Shown: positions 10,486 through 20,012 of the stretch, in pieces
Numbering within the stretch: the stretch's first letter is position 1
Layout of the letters: every line of letters begins with the position of its first letter
Source of the DNA: Bacteroidota bacterium
GTDB lineage: Bacteria > Bacteroidota > Bacteroidia > UKL13-3
Length of the DNA: 64,000 nucleotides
Direction: 5' to 3'
NCBI GenBank assembly: GCA_027482225.1
Contig: JAIXWD010000009.1
Location: forward strand, 2,484-66,483
Notes under the pieces: generated by a model
Seen by the model: the letters and a program-made list of their open reading frames with translations, nothing else
Database searches by the model: none
What the model was told of the DNA's origin: nothing
Program-made: the position numbers and the translations under genes

Positions 10486-10487
10486 AC

Positions 10488-11402
10488 ATGAATTCAAACC
10501 TTAAAGTGCACTTAGCGCTGTTTACCGTATCGTTGATTTATGGTGCTACATTTACCATTGCAAAACAGGTGATGCCAACATATATTCAGCCTTTTGCATT
10601 CATATTGATGCGTGTTTCTGTAGCCGCTATATTCATATTTGTTTTCCATTCGATATTTATCAAAACAAAAATTACTGATTGGCGCGATATGAAACAACTT
10701 TTTGTGAGTGCGTTATTTGGCGTTGCTTTTAATATGCTGCTTTTTTTCAAAGGACTTTCAATCACAACACCAATTAATGGCGCAGTACTAATGATGAATA
10801 CCCCAATATTTGTTGTAGTATTTGCTGCTTTATATTTAAAAGAAAAAATCACCTATCAAAAAGTTATTGGTATTTTAATTGCGGCATTTGGTGCAGTATT
10901 ATTAATGGGTGGGGCAAGTTTTAACTTTAGCGGGCAAACAATTTGGGGAGATGTTATGGTTACAGCCAATGCCATTATTTATGCATTTTATCTTGTATAT
11001 GCTAAGTCGCTTATGCAAAAGTATCACCCACTAACGGTTACTATGTGGAGTTTTTTATTCGGTTGGTTAGTGGTTTTGCCTTTTGGTGCAGGTGAGTTTA
11101 TGGAAATTAACTTCAATAATTTTACTCCCAAAATATGGCTATTTGTGGCTTTTGTAACAATTGGCTCTACATTTTTAACTTATGTACTAAATGCTTATGC
11201 CCTACGTAAGGCTAGTTCGTCTTTAGTTGGAAGTTATATTTACCTACAACCTGTATTGGCTACTTTAATTGCTGTTTTATCGGGTAAGGACATGCTTACG
11301 CTTGAAAAACTTATTTATGTTATGGTTATTTTTTTGGGAGTATTCCTAGTGAGTTGGAAAAAGAATTTATTAGAAAGGATCACCACAAAATATATACAGT
11401 AA
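10488..11402 (+). CDS. EamA/DMT family transporter
   Basis: 304 aa, about 10 TM with a two-EamA-repeat organisation. It starts 2 nt after the MATE stop. Confidence 0.8.
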   Translation: MNSNLKVHLALFTVSLIYGATFTIAKQVMPTYIQPFAFILMRVSVAAIFIFVFHSIFIKTKITDWRDMKQLFVSALFGVAFNMLLFFKGLSITTPINGAVLMMNTPIFVVVFAALYLKEKITYQKVIGILIAAFGAVLLMGGASFNFSGQTIWGDVMVTANAIIYAFYLVYAKSLMQKYHPLTVTMWSFLFGWLVVLPFGAGEFMEINFNNFTPKIWLFVAFVTIGSTFLTYVLNAYALRKASSSLVGSYIYLQPVLATLIAVLSGKDMLTLEKLIYVMVIFLGVFLVSWKKNLLERITTKYIQ

Positions 11403-11445
11403 AAAAAATGCCTCGTAGTAATTATCTAACGAGGCATTTTTTTTG
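11401..11445. terminator. Bidirectional rho-independent terminator
   Basis: A perfect 9-bp stem atgcctcgt / acgaggcat flanked by A8 and T8, between convergent genes. Confidence 0.7.
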
Positions 11446-11459
11446 GTTTTTAATATCTA

Positions 11460-12155
11460 CTACCAATCTTCTTCATCTACAATAATAGGGTCTTTCATGT
11501 GTTTGGTGAAATCTTCCATTAACCTTTTAATATCAGTATCCGCGTCACGCAATACTTTATCATAGGTTTTTACTGATTTGGGTGATGTATAGTAGAATTC
11601 AAAATAATTACGAATAGCATTACCGTTATTAGGTTTAATACCTTCATGAACCAAATTACTTATTTGGTATTTGTAACGTCCTTCTTTTATCCAAACTGTA
11701 ACTTTAAATTGATGCTTACCAATTGGTCGTTTAGTGTACTTACTACTGTAGTTGTATGCAGTAATTACTCCGTTAATCACTAACTTTTGATTTTTCTTAT
11801 CAATTTCAAATAACGTTTTCTCGTTTTTACTAAATCTTAATTGAGCCCATCGTTTAGCCCTAACATATAAAGAATCTGATCCAGTTTCTTCTTGTTCAAC
11901 AACACCTAAGTAGGTAATTAGATTAGTTACTGAATCTATGTTTAATACAATACGTTCAAATGGTTTTGCTAAAACCCCAGCATCTTGAGCGGGTTCTATC
12001 GGATTGCCATTTTCGTCATATTGCTGCTCTTCCTGTTTCGTGCTATCAGGGGTCTCGCTTGTTTGTGGATCACTTGTTTCTTCCGGGTTCTGTATTTGAC
12101 CAAAGCCCACCATACTTATCACACTAAATACAAATAATAGGATTACTTTTTTCAT
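11460..12155 (-). CDS. Hypothetical secreted protein (possibly DUF4468-like C-terminal domain)
   Basis: 231 aa with a signal peptide, an acidic Q/E/P-rich linker and a globular C-terminal domain. The family call is from memory only. Confidence 0.45.
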   Translation of the reverse strand: MKKVILLFVFSVISMVGFGQIQNPEETSDPQTSETPDSTKQEEQQYDENGNPIEPAQDAGVLAKPFERIVLNIDSVTNLITYLGVVEQEETGSDSLYVRAKRWAQLRFSKNEKTLFEIDKKNQKLVINGVITAYNYSSKYTKRPIGKHQFKVTVWIKEGRYKYQISNLVHEGIKPNNGNAIRNYFEFYYTSPKSVKTYDKVLRDADTDIKRLMEDFTKHMKDPIIVDEEDW

Positions 12156-12318
12156 TCTCTGTTTGTTGCTATATAACTCAATTAAGTTGTCGTTATCGGT
12201 TTTTCAAAAATAGAAAATCATTTTGTTTTTCAAACCCCAATGTAAACGATATTTTTGGTGTACTGTTTACAAAACTAAACGTATGCTCTTTTAGTTTAAT
12301 ATTTGCAGTCTTAAAATT

Positions 12319-14031
12319 ATGCAGCAACACGTACACGCTATAGCCATAACTTGTGGTTTACTTGGTATTAAACATGTGGTAATCAGTCCCGGATCCCGTT
12401 CTGCGCCTTTGGTTTTGGCTTTTGCTCAGCATCATAATTTTATCATTCATGTTGCTATTGATGAGAGGAGTGCTGCTTATATGGCCATGGGTATGGCCCA
12501 ACAAAAACAAATACCTGTTGTGCTAATTTGTACCTCTGGAACAGCTGCAGCTAATTATTACCCAGCTGTAGCTGAGGCTTTTTATCAAAAAATACCGCTT
12601 TTATTACTTACAGCTGATCGCCCTGATGATTTACTTGACCAACAAGATGGGCAAATGATTAATCAGAAAAACCTATTTGCGCACCACGTTAGGGCCTTTT
12701 ATCAACTTAGTTGTTACCCTCATGGGGCTGAAAATCATCGTGAAACAACAGTTTTAGTAGCCGAAGCAATTGGATTAACAACTTTCCCTGCAAAAGGACC
12801 AGTACATATTAATGTACCGTTAAAAGAACCCCTTTATCCAAAAGCTATTTTGCCCAACCACATTCAAAAGCTTGAAAAAAGTATTCTCAAGTGGTTAACT
12901 AGTCACGTATATAAGCCAATAGAAGGTATTTCTAATAATGACTTTTTACAACTAGAACAAGCATGGATTAGTGCACCGAAAAAGATAATTTTAATAGGGC
13001 AGGGAGCTATGCACGATAAATGGATTACACCATTATTGGCATTAAAGGATCAAGCAGATGTGGTAATTATTGCAGATGTTGTGAGTAATAAACATGCTAT
13101 GGCCAATGTGCACCATGTAGATAAATTACTTGCTGCAGTTGATGATAAATTACTAAAAGAACTATCACCTGATTTATTGATAAGCTTTGGTGGTCCTGTA
13201 TTATCAAAAAGTCTAAAAAACTGGCTAAAGCAACAAAAACCTACTTGGCATTTTCGTATTCAACAAGAGCCTGAGCAAATTAATACATATAACAACGTTA
13301 CCAAATTCTTAAGGGTTGATGTTTTTGAAACATTACAGCAGATAGCTTCGATTAAGCGGAATAATAATCAAAAGCTTGATTCAATGTTTATCAAAAAATG
13401 GAAAAAAGCTTCTTTGGATATTGAAAAAAAAATTACCGCATTTGTACAAAAACCTATTTGGAGTGAAATACATGTAACGCACTATTTATTAAATCATATT
13501 CCTGATTGTTCTAATTTACAATTGGCTAATAGTAGCGTGGTGCGTTATTTTAGTTGGCTTGATATGTTAAACAAAAGTTGGCTTGTAAATAGCAATAGAG
13601 GAACAAGTGGTATAGATGGTTGTACAAGCACTGCTTTAGGTGCTGCAAAAGTAAATTTAAGACCTACTATTTTAATAACTGGAGATATTGCCTTTTTATA
13701 TGATAAAAATGCATTTTGGTTGAATGATATTCCTCAAAATTTACGTGTGGTTGTTTTTAATAATGGTGGTGGTGGAATATTTACTTTAATTGACGGACCA
13801 ACTCATCATAAACAGTTTACACACTTGTTTACTACACCGCACCAACACAATGTAAAATCTGTTGCTGTTGATAATGGATTAGATTATTACTTTTGCGAAT
13901 CTTACAGCAACTTAAATAAAGTACTCAATCAGTTTTTTCAACCAACAAATGGTGCTGCAGTATTAGAATTAAAGTTTGAAATGAAGAAAAACGCTAAAAT
14001 ATTCGAAGCTTTTAAAAAGATAAAACTATAA
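12319..14031 (+). CDS. menD: 2-succinyl-5-enolpyruvyl-6-hydroxy-3-cyclohexene-1-carboxylate synthase
   Basis: 570 aa ThDP enzyme with ISPGSRSAPL, a TSGTAAANYYPAV N-domain and a GDIAFLYD...NNGGGGIF ThDP-binding motif. It is followed by menB. Confidence 0.9.
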   Translation: MQQHVHAIAITCGLLGIKHVVISPGSRSAPLVLAFAQHHNFIIHVAIDERSAAYMAMGMAQQKQIPVVLICTSGTAAANYYPAVAEAFYQKIPLLLLTADRPDDLLDQQDGQMINQKNLFAHHVRAFYQLSCYPHGAENHRETTVLVAEAIGLTTFPAKGPVHINVPLKEPLYPKAILPNHIQKLEKSILKWLTSHVYKPIEGISNNDFLQLEQAWISAPKKIILIGQGAMHDKWITPLLALKDQADVVIIADVVSNKHAMANVHHVDKLLAAVDDKLLKELSPDLLISFGGPVLSKSLKNWLKQQKPTWHFRIQQEPEQINTYNNVTKFLRVDVFETLQQIASIKRNNNQKLDSMFIKKWKKASLDIEKKITAFVQKPIWSEIHVTHYLLNHIPDCSNLQLANSSVVRYFSWLDMLNKSWLVNSNRGTSGIDGCTSTALGAAKVNLRPTILITGDIAFLYDKNAFWLNDIPQNLRVVVFNNGGGGIFTLIDGPTHHKQFTHLFTTPHQHNVKSVAVDNGLDYYFCESYSNLNKVLNQFFQPTNGAAVLELKFEMKKNAKIFEAFKKIKL

Positions 14032-14046
14032 AATAAAGATAACAAC

Positions 14047-14871
14047 ATGGAAAGTAAATATGCTTGGCAAACCATTAAAGAATATCAAGAAATTAAATAT
14101 TCTTTTTTTGAAGGTGTAGCTAAAATTAGTATCAACCGCCCTGAAAAGCATAACGCCTTTACCCCATTAACCGTAAAGGAAATGAGTGAAGCTATGGAAT
14201 TAGCCCGCCAAGATGAGAATGTGTACTGTGTAATCTTAACAGGTGAAGGTGGAAAAGCATTTTGTAGTGGTGGCGATCAAAGTATACGTGGCCATGGTGG
14301 TTATGTTGGCGATGATGGTGTGCCTCGTTTAAATGTGTTGGATTTACAAATGCAAATTCGCAGAATACCTAAGCCAGTTATTGCAATGGTGGCTGGTTAC
14401 GCAATTGGTGGCGGACACGTTTTGCATGTAATTTGCGATATAACTATTGCTGCCGAAAATGCTAAGTTTGGCCAAACCGGACCAAAAGTGGGTAGCTTTG
14501 ATGGTGGATTTGGTGCAGGTTATTTGGCTCGTTTGGTTGGGCAGAAAAAGGCACGTGAAATTTGGTTTTTATGCGACCAATACAATGCGCAAGAAGCATT
14601 AGATATGGGTTTGGTGAATAAAGTTGTTCCATTAGAAATGCTAGAAGATGCAACTTTAGATTGGTGCCGTAAAATCATGGAAAAAAGCCCTATTGCATTA
14701 CGAATGTTAAAGAGTGCATTTAATGCCGAGTTAGACGGACAAGCCGGTATACAAGAGTTAGCAGGTAACAGTACATTGTTATATTACCTGAGCGATGAAG
14801 CCAAAGAAGGTAAAAACTCTTTCTTGGAAAAACGCAAACCAGACTTTAAAAAGTTTCCTAAGTTCCCTTAG
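14047..14871 (+). CDS. menB: 1,4-dihydroxy-2-naphthoyl-CoA synthase
   Basis: 274 aa crotonase fold with [22 protein letters not shown] and GSFDGGFG motifs. Confidence 0.92.
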   Translation: MESKYAWQTIKEYQEIKYSFFEGVAKISINRPEKHNAFTPLTVKEMSEAMELARQDENVYCVILTGEGGKAFCSGGDQSIRGHGGYVGDDGVPRLNVLDLQMQIRRIPKPVIAMVAGYAIGGGHVLHVICDITIAAENAKFGQTGPKVGSFDGGFGAGYLARLVGQKKAREIWFLCDQYNAQEALDMGLVNKVVPLEMLEDATLDWCRKIMEKSPIALRMLKSAFNAELDGQAGIQELAGNSTLLYYLSDEAKEGKNSFLEKRKPDFKKFPKFP

Positions 14872-14894
14872 TACTTAAGGTAAAATACTAAATA

Positions 14895-14932
14895 AAAAAG
14901 CCCCATTTGATTTACTCATTTGGGGCTTTTTG
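14895..14932. terminator. Probable bidirectional terminator
   Basis: The gcccca / tggggc stem has an inner tga/tca extension and is flanked by an A-run and a T-run, between convergent menB and the DUF3050-like gene. Confidence 0.5.
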
Positions 14933-14945
14933 CGATTTAAATTTT

Positions 14946-15725
14946 TTATCCTTTAGATTGTTCCGGTAAAGAATGCAATATTCCGTCCCAAAGTTCAATT
15001 CTTGCTTGCATACTTTTCTTCACCCAAAATGCAGCTTCAGCAATTTTTGTTTCGTCATTTCCGCAAAGCTCTTCTGTCATAGCTAATGCAAGATGGCTGT
15101 GATGATCCCCATCAACTTCAATATGTCTTTCTAAATAGTATTTAAAGGTGCTGAATTGACCATTACTTTTTTGGTTAAGATCATTCACCAAACCAATAAA
15201 CATAGATGGTATTAAATCTTCTCTACCAAATGTAAATACTGCTGCTATTACATGTGGCTTTTGGGTTGCAATAACATCAAAAGTTGTTCTAACGAATTGC
15301 CTTACAGGTGCCACTTTTATTTCATCAATTGCACTATCAATAAGGGTTCCGCTTCGCAATATTTCTACAAAATTTTCAATAATTTTTGTATTGGCACCGG
15401 CTTGTTGCATGCTCTTTAAGTACAATTCATAATGACTTGTTCGCTCTCCAAATTCATCAACATCACTTTCTTCACCAACAACAATCTCGTTTATTAAAAA
15501 CCTTGTTGATGCGGTTCCAACAGGAAACCACGGAACTGAAACATTGGTTAAATGCACTTGTAAACTTTTGAGTAAACTCATAAAGTCCCAAACTGCAAAA
15601 ACATGGTGTTCCATAAACATACTGATATCATCAGGATGATGAACACGCTGGTATAAGGGGTGATGAATTAGCTTTTCTTTTAGGCCAATTGTGTTTTCTT
15701 GAATACTTAAGGTTCCGCTATTCAT
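14946..15725 (-). CDS. Heme-oxygenase-like fold protein (DUF3050-like)
   Basis: 259 aa, all-helical by composition. Glu/His-rich segments are FMEHHVFAVWDF, GERTSHYELY and ERHIEVDGDHHSHL. Confidence 0.55.
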   Translation of the reverse strand: MNSGTLSIQENTIGLKEKLIHHPLYQRVHHPDDISMFMEHHVFAVWDFMSLLKSLQVHLTNVSVPWFPVGTASTRFLINEIVVGEESDVDEFGERTSHYELYLKSMQQAGANTKIIENFVEILRSGTLIDSAIDEIKVAPVRQFVRTTFDVIATQKPHVIAAVFTFGREDLIPSMFIGLVNDLNQKSNGQFSTFKYYLERHIEVDGDHHSHLALAMTEELCGNDETKIAEAAFWVKKSMQARIELWDGILHSLPEQSKG

Positions 15726-15732
15726 AATACTT

Positions 15733-16506
15733 TTACCCTTTAAAACTTGCAGTACGTTTTTCTAAAAATGCTTGTGTTCCTTCTTTAAAATCTTCGGTGC
15801 CAAAGAAGTTACCAAACTCGTTAATCTCAACATTATTGCCATCCATTTTTTTATCAAAGTGTGCGTTTACACAACGAATAACAGATGCAATAGCCAATGG
15901 CGCTTTAGCTTTTACTTTATTTAAAATCTCTTCGCATTTTACCATCAATTGGTCTTGAGGTACAACATGGTTTACCAAGCCAATTCTGTGTGCTTCTGCT
16001 GCATTAATTACATCGCCTGTAATTAATAACTCAATAGCACGTCCACGACCAACCAATTGAGCCAAACGTTGAGTACCTGCATAACCCGGTACTAAACCTA
16101 AGTTAACTTCCGGCTGACCAAATTTTGCATTTTCGGCTGCTACTCTTAAATGGCAAGCCATGGCTAACTCGCAACCACCTCCTAATGCAAAACCATGAAC
16201 AGCTGCAACCACAGGCTTTGGGCATTTTTCAATAGCGTTTAATACGCCATGTCCGTCTGCGCTCATGCGTGTGCCTTCCTCTACGTTAAAGTTGGCAAAC
16301 TCTGCAATATCAGCACCGGCAGCAAATGCTTTATTACCTGCACCTGTAAGTATTACACCTTGTACTTCTTTGTTTTCGTAAATGGCTAATACCGCTTCTT
16401 TAATATCTTTTAGTGTTTCAATATTTAAAGCGTTTAGTTTGGTTTCGCGGTTAATGGTTATGTATAAAATTCCGTTTTCTATAAGAGTTGTTATGTTATC
16501 AGTCAT
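15733..16506 (-). CDS. Enoyl-CoA hydratase/isomerase (crotonase) family protein
   Basis: 257 aa with FAAGADI and VHGFALGGGCELAMACH oxyanion-hole motifs. Confidence 0.85.
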   Translation of the reverse strand: MTDNITTLIENGILYITINRETKLNALNIETLKDIKEAVLAIYENKEVQGVILTGAGNKAFAAGADIAEFANFNVEEGTRMSADGHGVLNAIEKCPKPVVAAVHGFALGGGCELAMACHLRVAAENAKFGQPEVNLGLVPGYAGTQRLAQLVGRGRAIELLITGDVINAAEAHRIGLVNHVVPQDQLMVKCEEILNKVKAKAPLAIASVIRCVNAHFDKKMDGNNVEINEFGNFFGTEDFKEGTQAFLEKRTASFKG

Positions 16507-16542
16507 TGCTGTAGTTGTAATTAGTTATATATTTAACAAATA

Positions 16543-16950
16543 TTAGAACTGTCTGTTTTGGGCTACCCAATTTTTTATGTAGTCAGAAATTTCATTGGTA
16601 TGGGCACCCGGTGCAAATAATTTTCCTACTCCAAGTTTGGTTAGTTCAACCATATCTTCATTTGGTATAATGCCGCCACCTGTAACCAACACATCATTTA
16701 AGCCTTCTTTTTTTAGCAGCTCTATAATGCGCGGAAAAACGGTGTTGTGTGCACCCGATAATATACTTACGCCTATTACATCAACATCTTCTTGTAATGC
16801 TGCTTGCACCACCATTTCGGGTGTTTGGCGAAGACCGGTGTAAATAACTTCCATGCCTGCATCGCGCAAAGCGGTGGCAATTACTTTGGCTCCTCTGTCG
16901 TGTCCATCAAGACCAACTTTGGCAACTAAAACGCGTATGGGTCTGTTCAT
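16543..16950 (-). CDS. Cobalamin (B12)-binding domain protein, methylmalonyl-CoA-mutase small-subunit type
   Basis: 135 aa. It has [11 protein letters not shown], the DxHxxG B12-binding signature, followed by a Rossmann-like pattern ([11 protein letters not shown]). Confidence 0.85.
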   Translation of the reverse strand: MNRPIRVLVAKVGLDGHDRGAKVIATALRDAGMEVIYTGLRQTPEMVVQAALQEDVDVIGVSILSGAHNTVFPRIIELLKKEGLNDVLVTGGGIIPNEDMVELTKLGVGKLFAPGAHTNEISDYIKNWVAQNRQF

Positions 16951-17511
16951 TTAATTAATAGTATTAGATGTTAATTTTTTTAGCCTAATAGTATGGTTAC
17001 CTTTTAATTCTTTGTTTACATAACGCACAAAATTTGCATCGTGCATCTCGTATAAAAACACCGAATCATTATTATTTAATCGCAAAAATTTACGTTTAAA
17101 AAACTTCTTCAAATCAGCATTCTTTAGTTCGTCAATAGCAGGGTAAATATTTATTCCTTTTTTATCGGCTACATAAATCATGCAGTTCCAATAGTCAGGG
17201 TCTTCGGTATCTTTGGTTGATAACACATAATATTTGTTTTGTACCAACGATAATACCTGATTGCTGTCTAAAGGTTTTACTTCGGTTTTGCCGCTGTCTT
17301 TTATTATTATACCAGTTTGGTTGATGGTATAAAAAACAGTGTCGGTGCCGGTAGTTTTTTTACCGGTTAGGTTTGATGGCAAAACTAAATAATAAACACC
17401 TGTCATGTGGCTTGGAAACTCTCGTTGTGCTTGCCCCGGATACCTATCAAACTTACCCATGGTGCAAGCCGATAAGGTTAAAATACACAGAAAAGCTAAT
17501 GCGTTTTTCAA
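16951..17511 (-). CDS. Hypothetical lipoprotein
   Basis: 186 aa with lipobox LTLSAC. Its stop abuts the start of the B12-domain gene. Confidence 0.55.
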   Translation of the reverse strand: MKNALAFLCILTLSACTMGKFDRYPGQAQREFPSHMTGVYYLVLPSNLTGKKTTGTDTVFYTINQTGIIIKDSGKTEVKPLDSNQVLSLVQNKYYVLSTKDTEDPDYWNCMIYVADKKGINIYPAIDELKNADLKKFFKRKFLRLNNNDSVFLYEMHDANFVRYVNKELKGNHTIRLKKLTSNTIN

Positions 17512-17522
17512 AGCTTAGTGAA

Positions 17523-19067
17523 TTATTTTTTGATGTTGCTTAATGCATGTTGTAAGCGCTCAAGTGTTACCTCTTTGCCAAATAATTGTGCCATTTCAAA
17601 AATTGGTGGCCCGCCTGCTACACCGCTTAAGCAAACACGTAACAACTGTAAAAATTCTTTATTGCTTACGCCATTTTTTGATAATGCTTCGTTGTAATTC
17701 ACTTCAAATGATGCTGCATCAAAAGCTTGGTTACCTCTAACCAATTGAATTAAATCTTGCAACACCAATGGGCTTTTATCATTCCAACGTTTGGTTATAA
17801 CAGCTTCATCATATTGTGTTGGTGCAACAAAAAAGTAACTTCCAATTTCCCACAATTCTTTAATGAAGCTAATTTTTTCTTTAATTAACCCACAAACTTT
17901 TGTTATGTATTCTTCACTGTAATTTAAGTTGTGTGCCAATACATCCTTTTTTAACGATTCGGCTAAAACCTTATCTGGTGTGTGACGAACATATTGTTGG
18001 TTAAACCACTTGGCTTTGTTTTGATCAAACTTAGCACCTGATTTACTTACACGGTCTAGTGTAAATGCTTCAACCAATTCTTCACGACTAAAAATTTCTT
18101 GTGTAGTACCTGGATTCCATCCTAAAAATGCCAATAAATTCATCACGGCTTCAGGTAAATAACCACTTTCGCGGTAACCGCTGCTTACTTCACCTGTTGC
18201 AGGATCTTTCCACTCTAAAGGAAATACCGGGAAACCTAATCTATCGCCATCACGTTTGCTTAATTTACCATTACCTTCTGGTTTTAATAACAATGGTAAG
18301 TGTGCAAATTTTGGCATCACATCTTCCCAACCTAAATAGCGGTATAACAACACGTGAAGTGGGGCAGAAGGCAACCACTCTTCACCACGAATAACATGAG
18401 AGATGTTCATCAAATAATCATCAACCACATTGGCTAAATGGTAAGTTGGCATCCCATCACTTTTAAACAATACTTTATCGTCCATTTGAGCCGTGTTGAT
18501 GTTTACCCAACCTCTAATCTCATCATGAAACTTTACATCTTCTTTTTTGGGTAATTTTATACGCACCACATAAGGTTCGCCTGCCTCTAACCTACGTTTT
18601 ACCTCATCTTCGGGTAAGGTAAGTGAGTTTTTCATTGCCATACGTGTAATGGCATCGTACTTACTATCTACGTTACTTGCTTTTAAACGCTCACGCATGG
18701 CGTCTAAATCTTCGGCAGTATCAAAAGCGTAATAAGCATACCCTGCATCAACAAGTTGCATAACGTATTGGAGGTACATAGGTTTACGTTCGCTTTGGCG
18801 ATAAGGTGCATGTGGACCATCACCAAAACCAATACCTTCATCGGCAATAATACCAACCCATTTTAGGGCTTCAATAATATAATTTTCAGCACCTGGTACA
18901 TAACGTGTTTGATCGGTGTCTTCAATACGAATTAAAAAATCGCCACCATGTTTTTTTGCAAATAAATAATTATACAAAGCAGTGCGTACACCACCAATAT
19001 GTAAAGCACCAGTTGGGCTGGGCGCAAAACGAACTCTAACTCTTCTATCCATAATTGACGGTAGCAA
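17523..19067 (-). CDS. gltX: Glutamate--tRNA ligase
   Basis: PSPTGALHIGG (HIGH) and KLSKR (KMSKS) motifs. The true start may be Met6 (MDRRVRV) at 19052. Confidence 0.93.
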   Translation of the reverse strand: MLPSIMDRRVRVRFAPSPTGALHIGGVRTALYNYLFAKKHGGDFLIRIEDTDQTRYVPGAENYIIEALKWVGIIADEGIGFGDGPHAPYRQSERKPMYLQYVMQLVDAGYAYYAFDTAEDLDAMRERLKASNVDSKYDAITRMAMKNSLTLPEDEVKRRLEAGEPYVVRIKLPKKEDVKFHDEIRGWVNINTAQMDDKVLFKSDGMPTYHLANVVDDYLMNISHVIRGEEWLPSAPLHVLLYRYLGWEDVMPKFAHLPLLLKPEGNGKLSKRDGDRLGFPVFPLEWKDPATGEVSSGYRESGYLPEAVMNLLAFLGWNPGTTQEIFSREELVEAFTLDRVSKSGAKFDQNKAKWFNQQYVRHTPDKVLAESLKKDVLAHNLNYSEEYITKVCGLIKEKISFIKELWEIGSYFFVAPTQYDEAVITKRWNDKSPLVLQDLIQLVRGNQAFDAASFEVNYNEALSKNGVSNKEFLQLLRVCLSGVAGGPPIFEMAQLFGKEVTLERLQHALSNIKK

Positions 19068-19221
19068 AGATAGAAATAATATGCAATTGAGGTAATGATT
19101 GTGATGCTGATAATCAATGCTCCAAAATTAAATCAACGTTGTTTAGTTGTTGAATGATATAGTTTTCATAATATTCAGAAAACCAGCATTTAATATAGGA
19201 TTTTTTTTGGGGGTATTAATA

Positions 19222-19926
19222 TTAAATAGATGAATTATCGGCAAAGCTATAATAATTATTATCGGCAATAATAATATGATCCATTACATGCACATCAATT
19301 AATTTTCCTGAATCTACTAGTCTTTTAGTTAATCGTTTATCTTCTTCGCTTGGGTTTAAACTTCCCGAAGGATGATTATGGCAAAGCAAAATATTTGATG
19401 CAAGCAAATCAACTGCGTGTTTAAAAATAACTTTAGGATCCGCAACCGTTCCCGAAACACCACCTTCACTGATGCGTTTTACTTCTATTAATCGGTTACT
19501 TCTATTGAGGTAGGCTACCCAAAACTCTTCAATTGGAGTATCAGATAAAATTGGATGAAAATAGGCGAATGCCTGTGCACTCGATTTGATAAAAATGTGG
19601 TCTGATTTGGCTTCGGCTAGGCTTCTTCTCCTGCCTAATTCCATAGCTGTAGCAATGGTTATGGCTTTTGCCACACCAATACCTTTTACTTTTTGCAGGT
19701 CTTTAAATTTAAGTTTACCCAAATCAACCAAGTTGTTATTGGTAAGTGCTAAAATGCGTTTGGCTAAATCAACTGCACTTTCTTCACGCGTTCCGGTTGA
19801 TATAAGTATGGCCAATAATTCGGTATCTGATAAGGCATTGAATCCTTTGGTCATAACTTTCTCACGCGGCCTGTCATCTTCGGCCCATTGTTTAATGGTT
19901 ACAAATTTTGTAGTGTCTTCACTCAT
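19222..19926 (-). CDS. radC: RadC-family JAB/MPN domain protein
   Basis: 234 aa with an HhH-like N-terminus (LKFKDLQKVKGIGVAKA) and a JAMM motif HNHPSG...PSEEDK. Confidence 0.85.
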   Translation of the reverse strand: MSEDTTKFVTIKQWAEDDRPREKVMTKGFNALSDTELLAILISTGTREESAVDLAKRILALTNNNLVDLGKLKFKDLQKVKGIGVAKAITIATAMELGRRRSLAEAKSDHIFIKSSAQAFAYFHPILSDTPIEEFWVAYLNRSNRLIEVKRISEGGVSGTVADPKVIFKHAVDLLASNILLCHNHPSGSLNPSEEDKRLTKRLVDSGKLIDVHVMDHIIIADNNYYSFADNSSI

Positions 19927-19952
19927 GGTATAATGGTTTTGGTTTTACTAAA

Positions 19953-19998
19953 ATAAAAAACCTCATTAACTTTTACATCAATGAGGTTTAATTTTTTA
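19953..19998 (-). terminator. Rho-independent terminator of metG
   Basis: A perfect 9-bp stem aacctcatt / aatgaggtt. On the minus strand it is followed by a T-run. Confidence 0.6.
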
Positions 19999-20012
19999 TT
20001 TGGGTTGAAATA

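Noticed and set aside
19586-19933. 115-aa ORF antisense to radC, and similar long antisense ORFs at 3420-3776, 8461-8811, 35236-35538, 39704-40090 and 56182-56586
   Set aside because: Each lies wholly inside a gene with clear family motifs on the other strand. None has a recognisable motif or start context. They are typical shadow ORFs.
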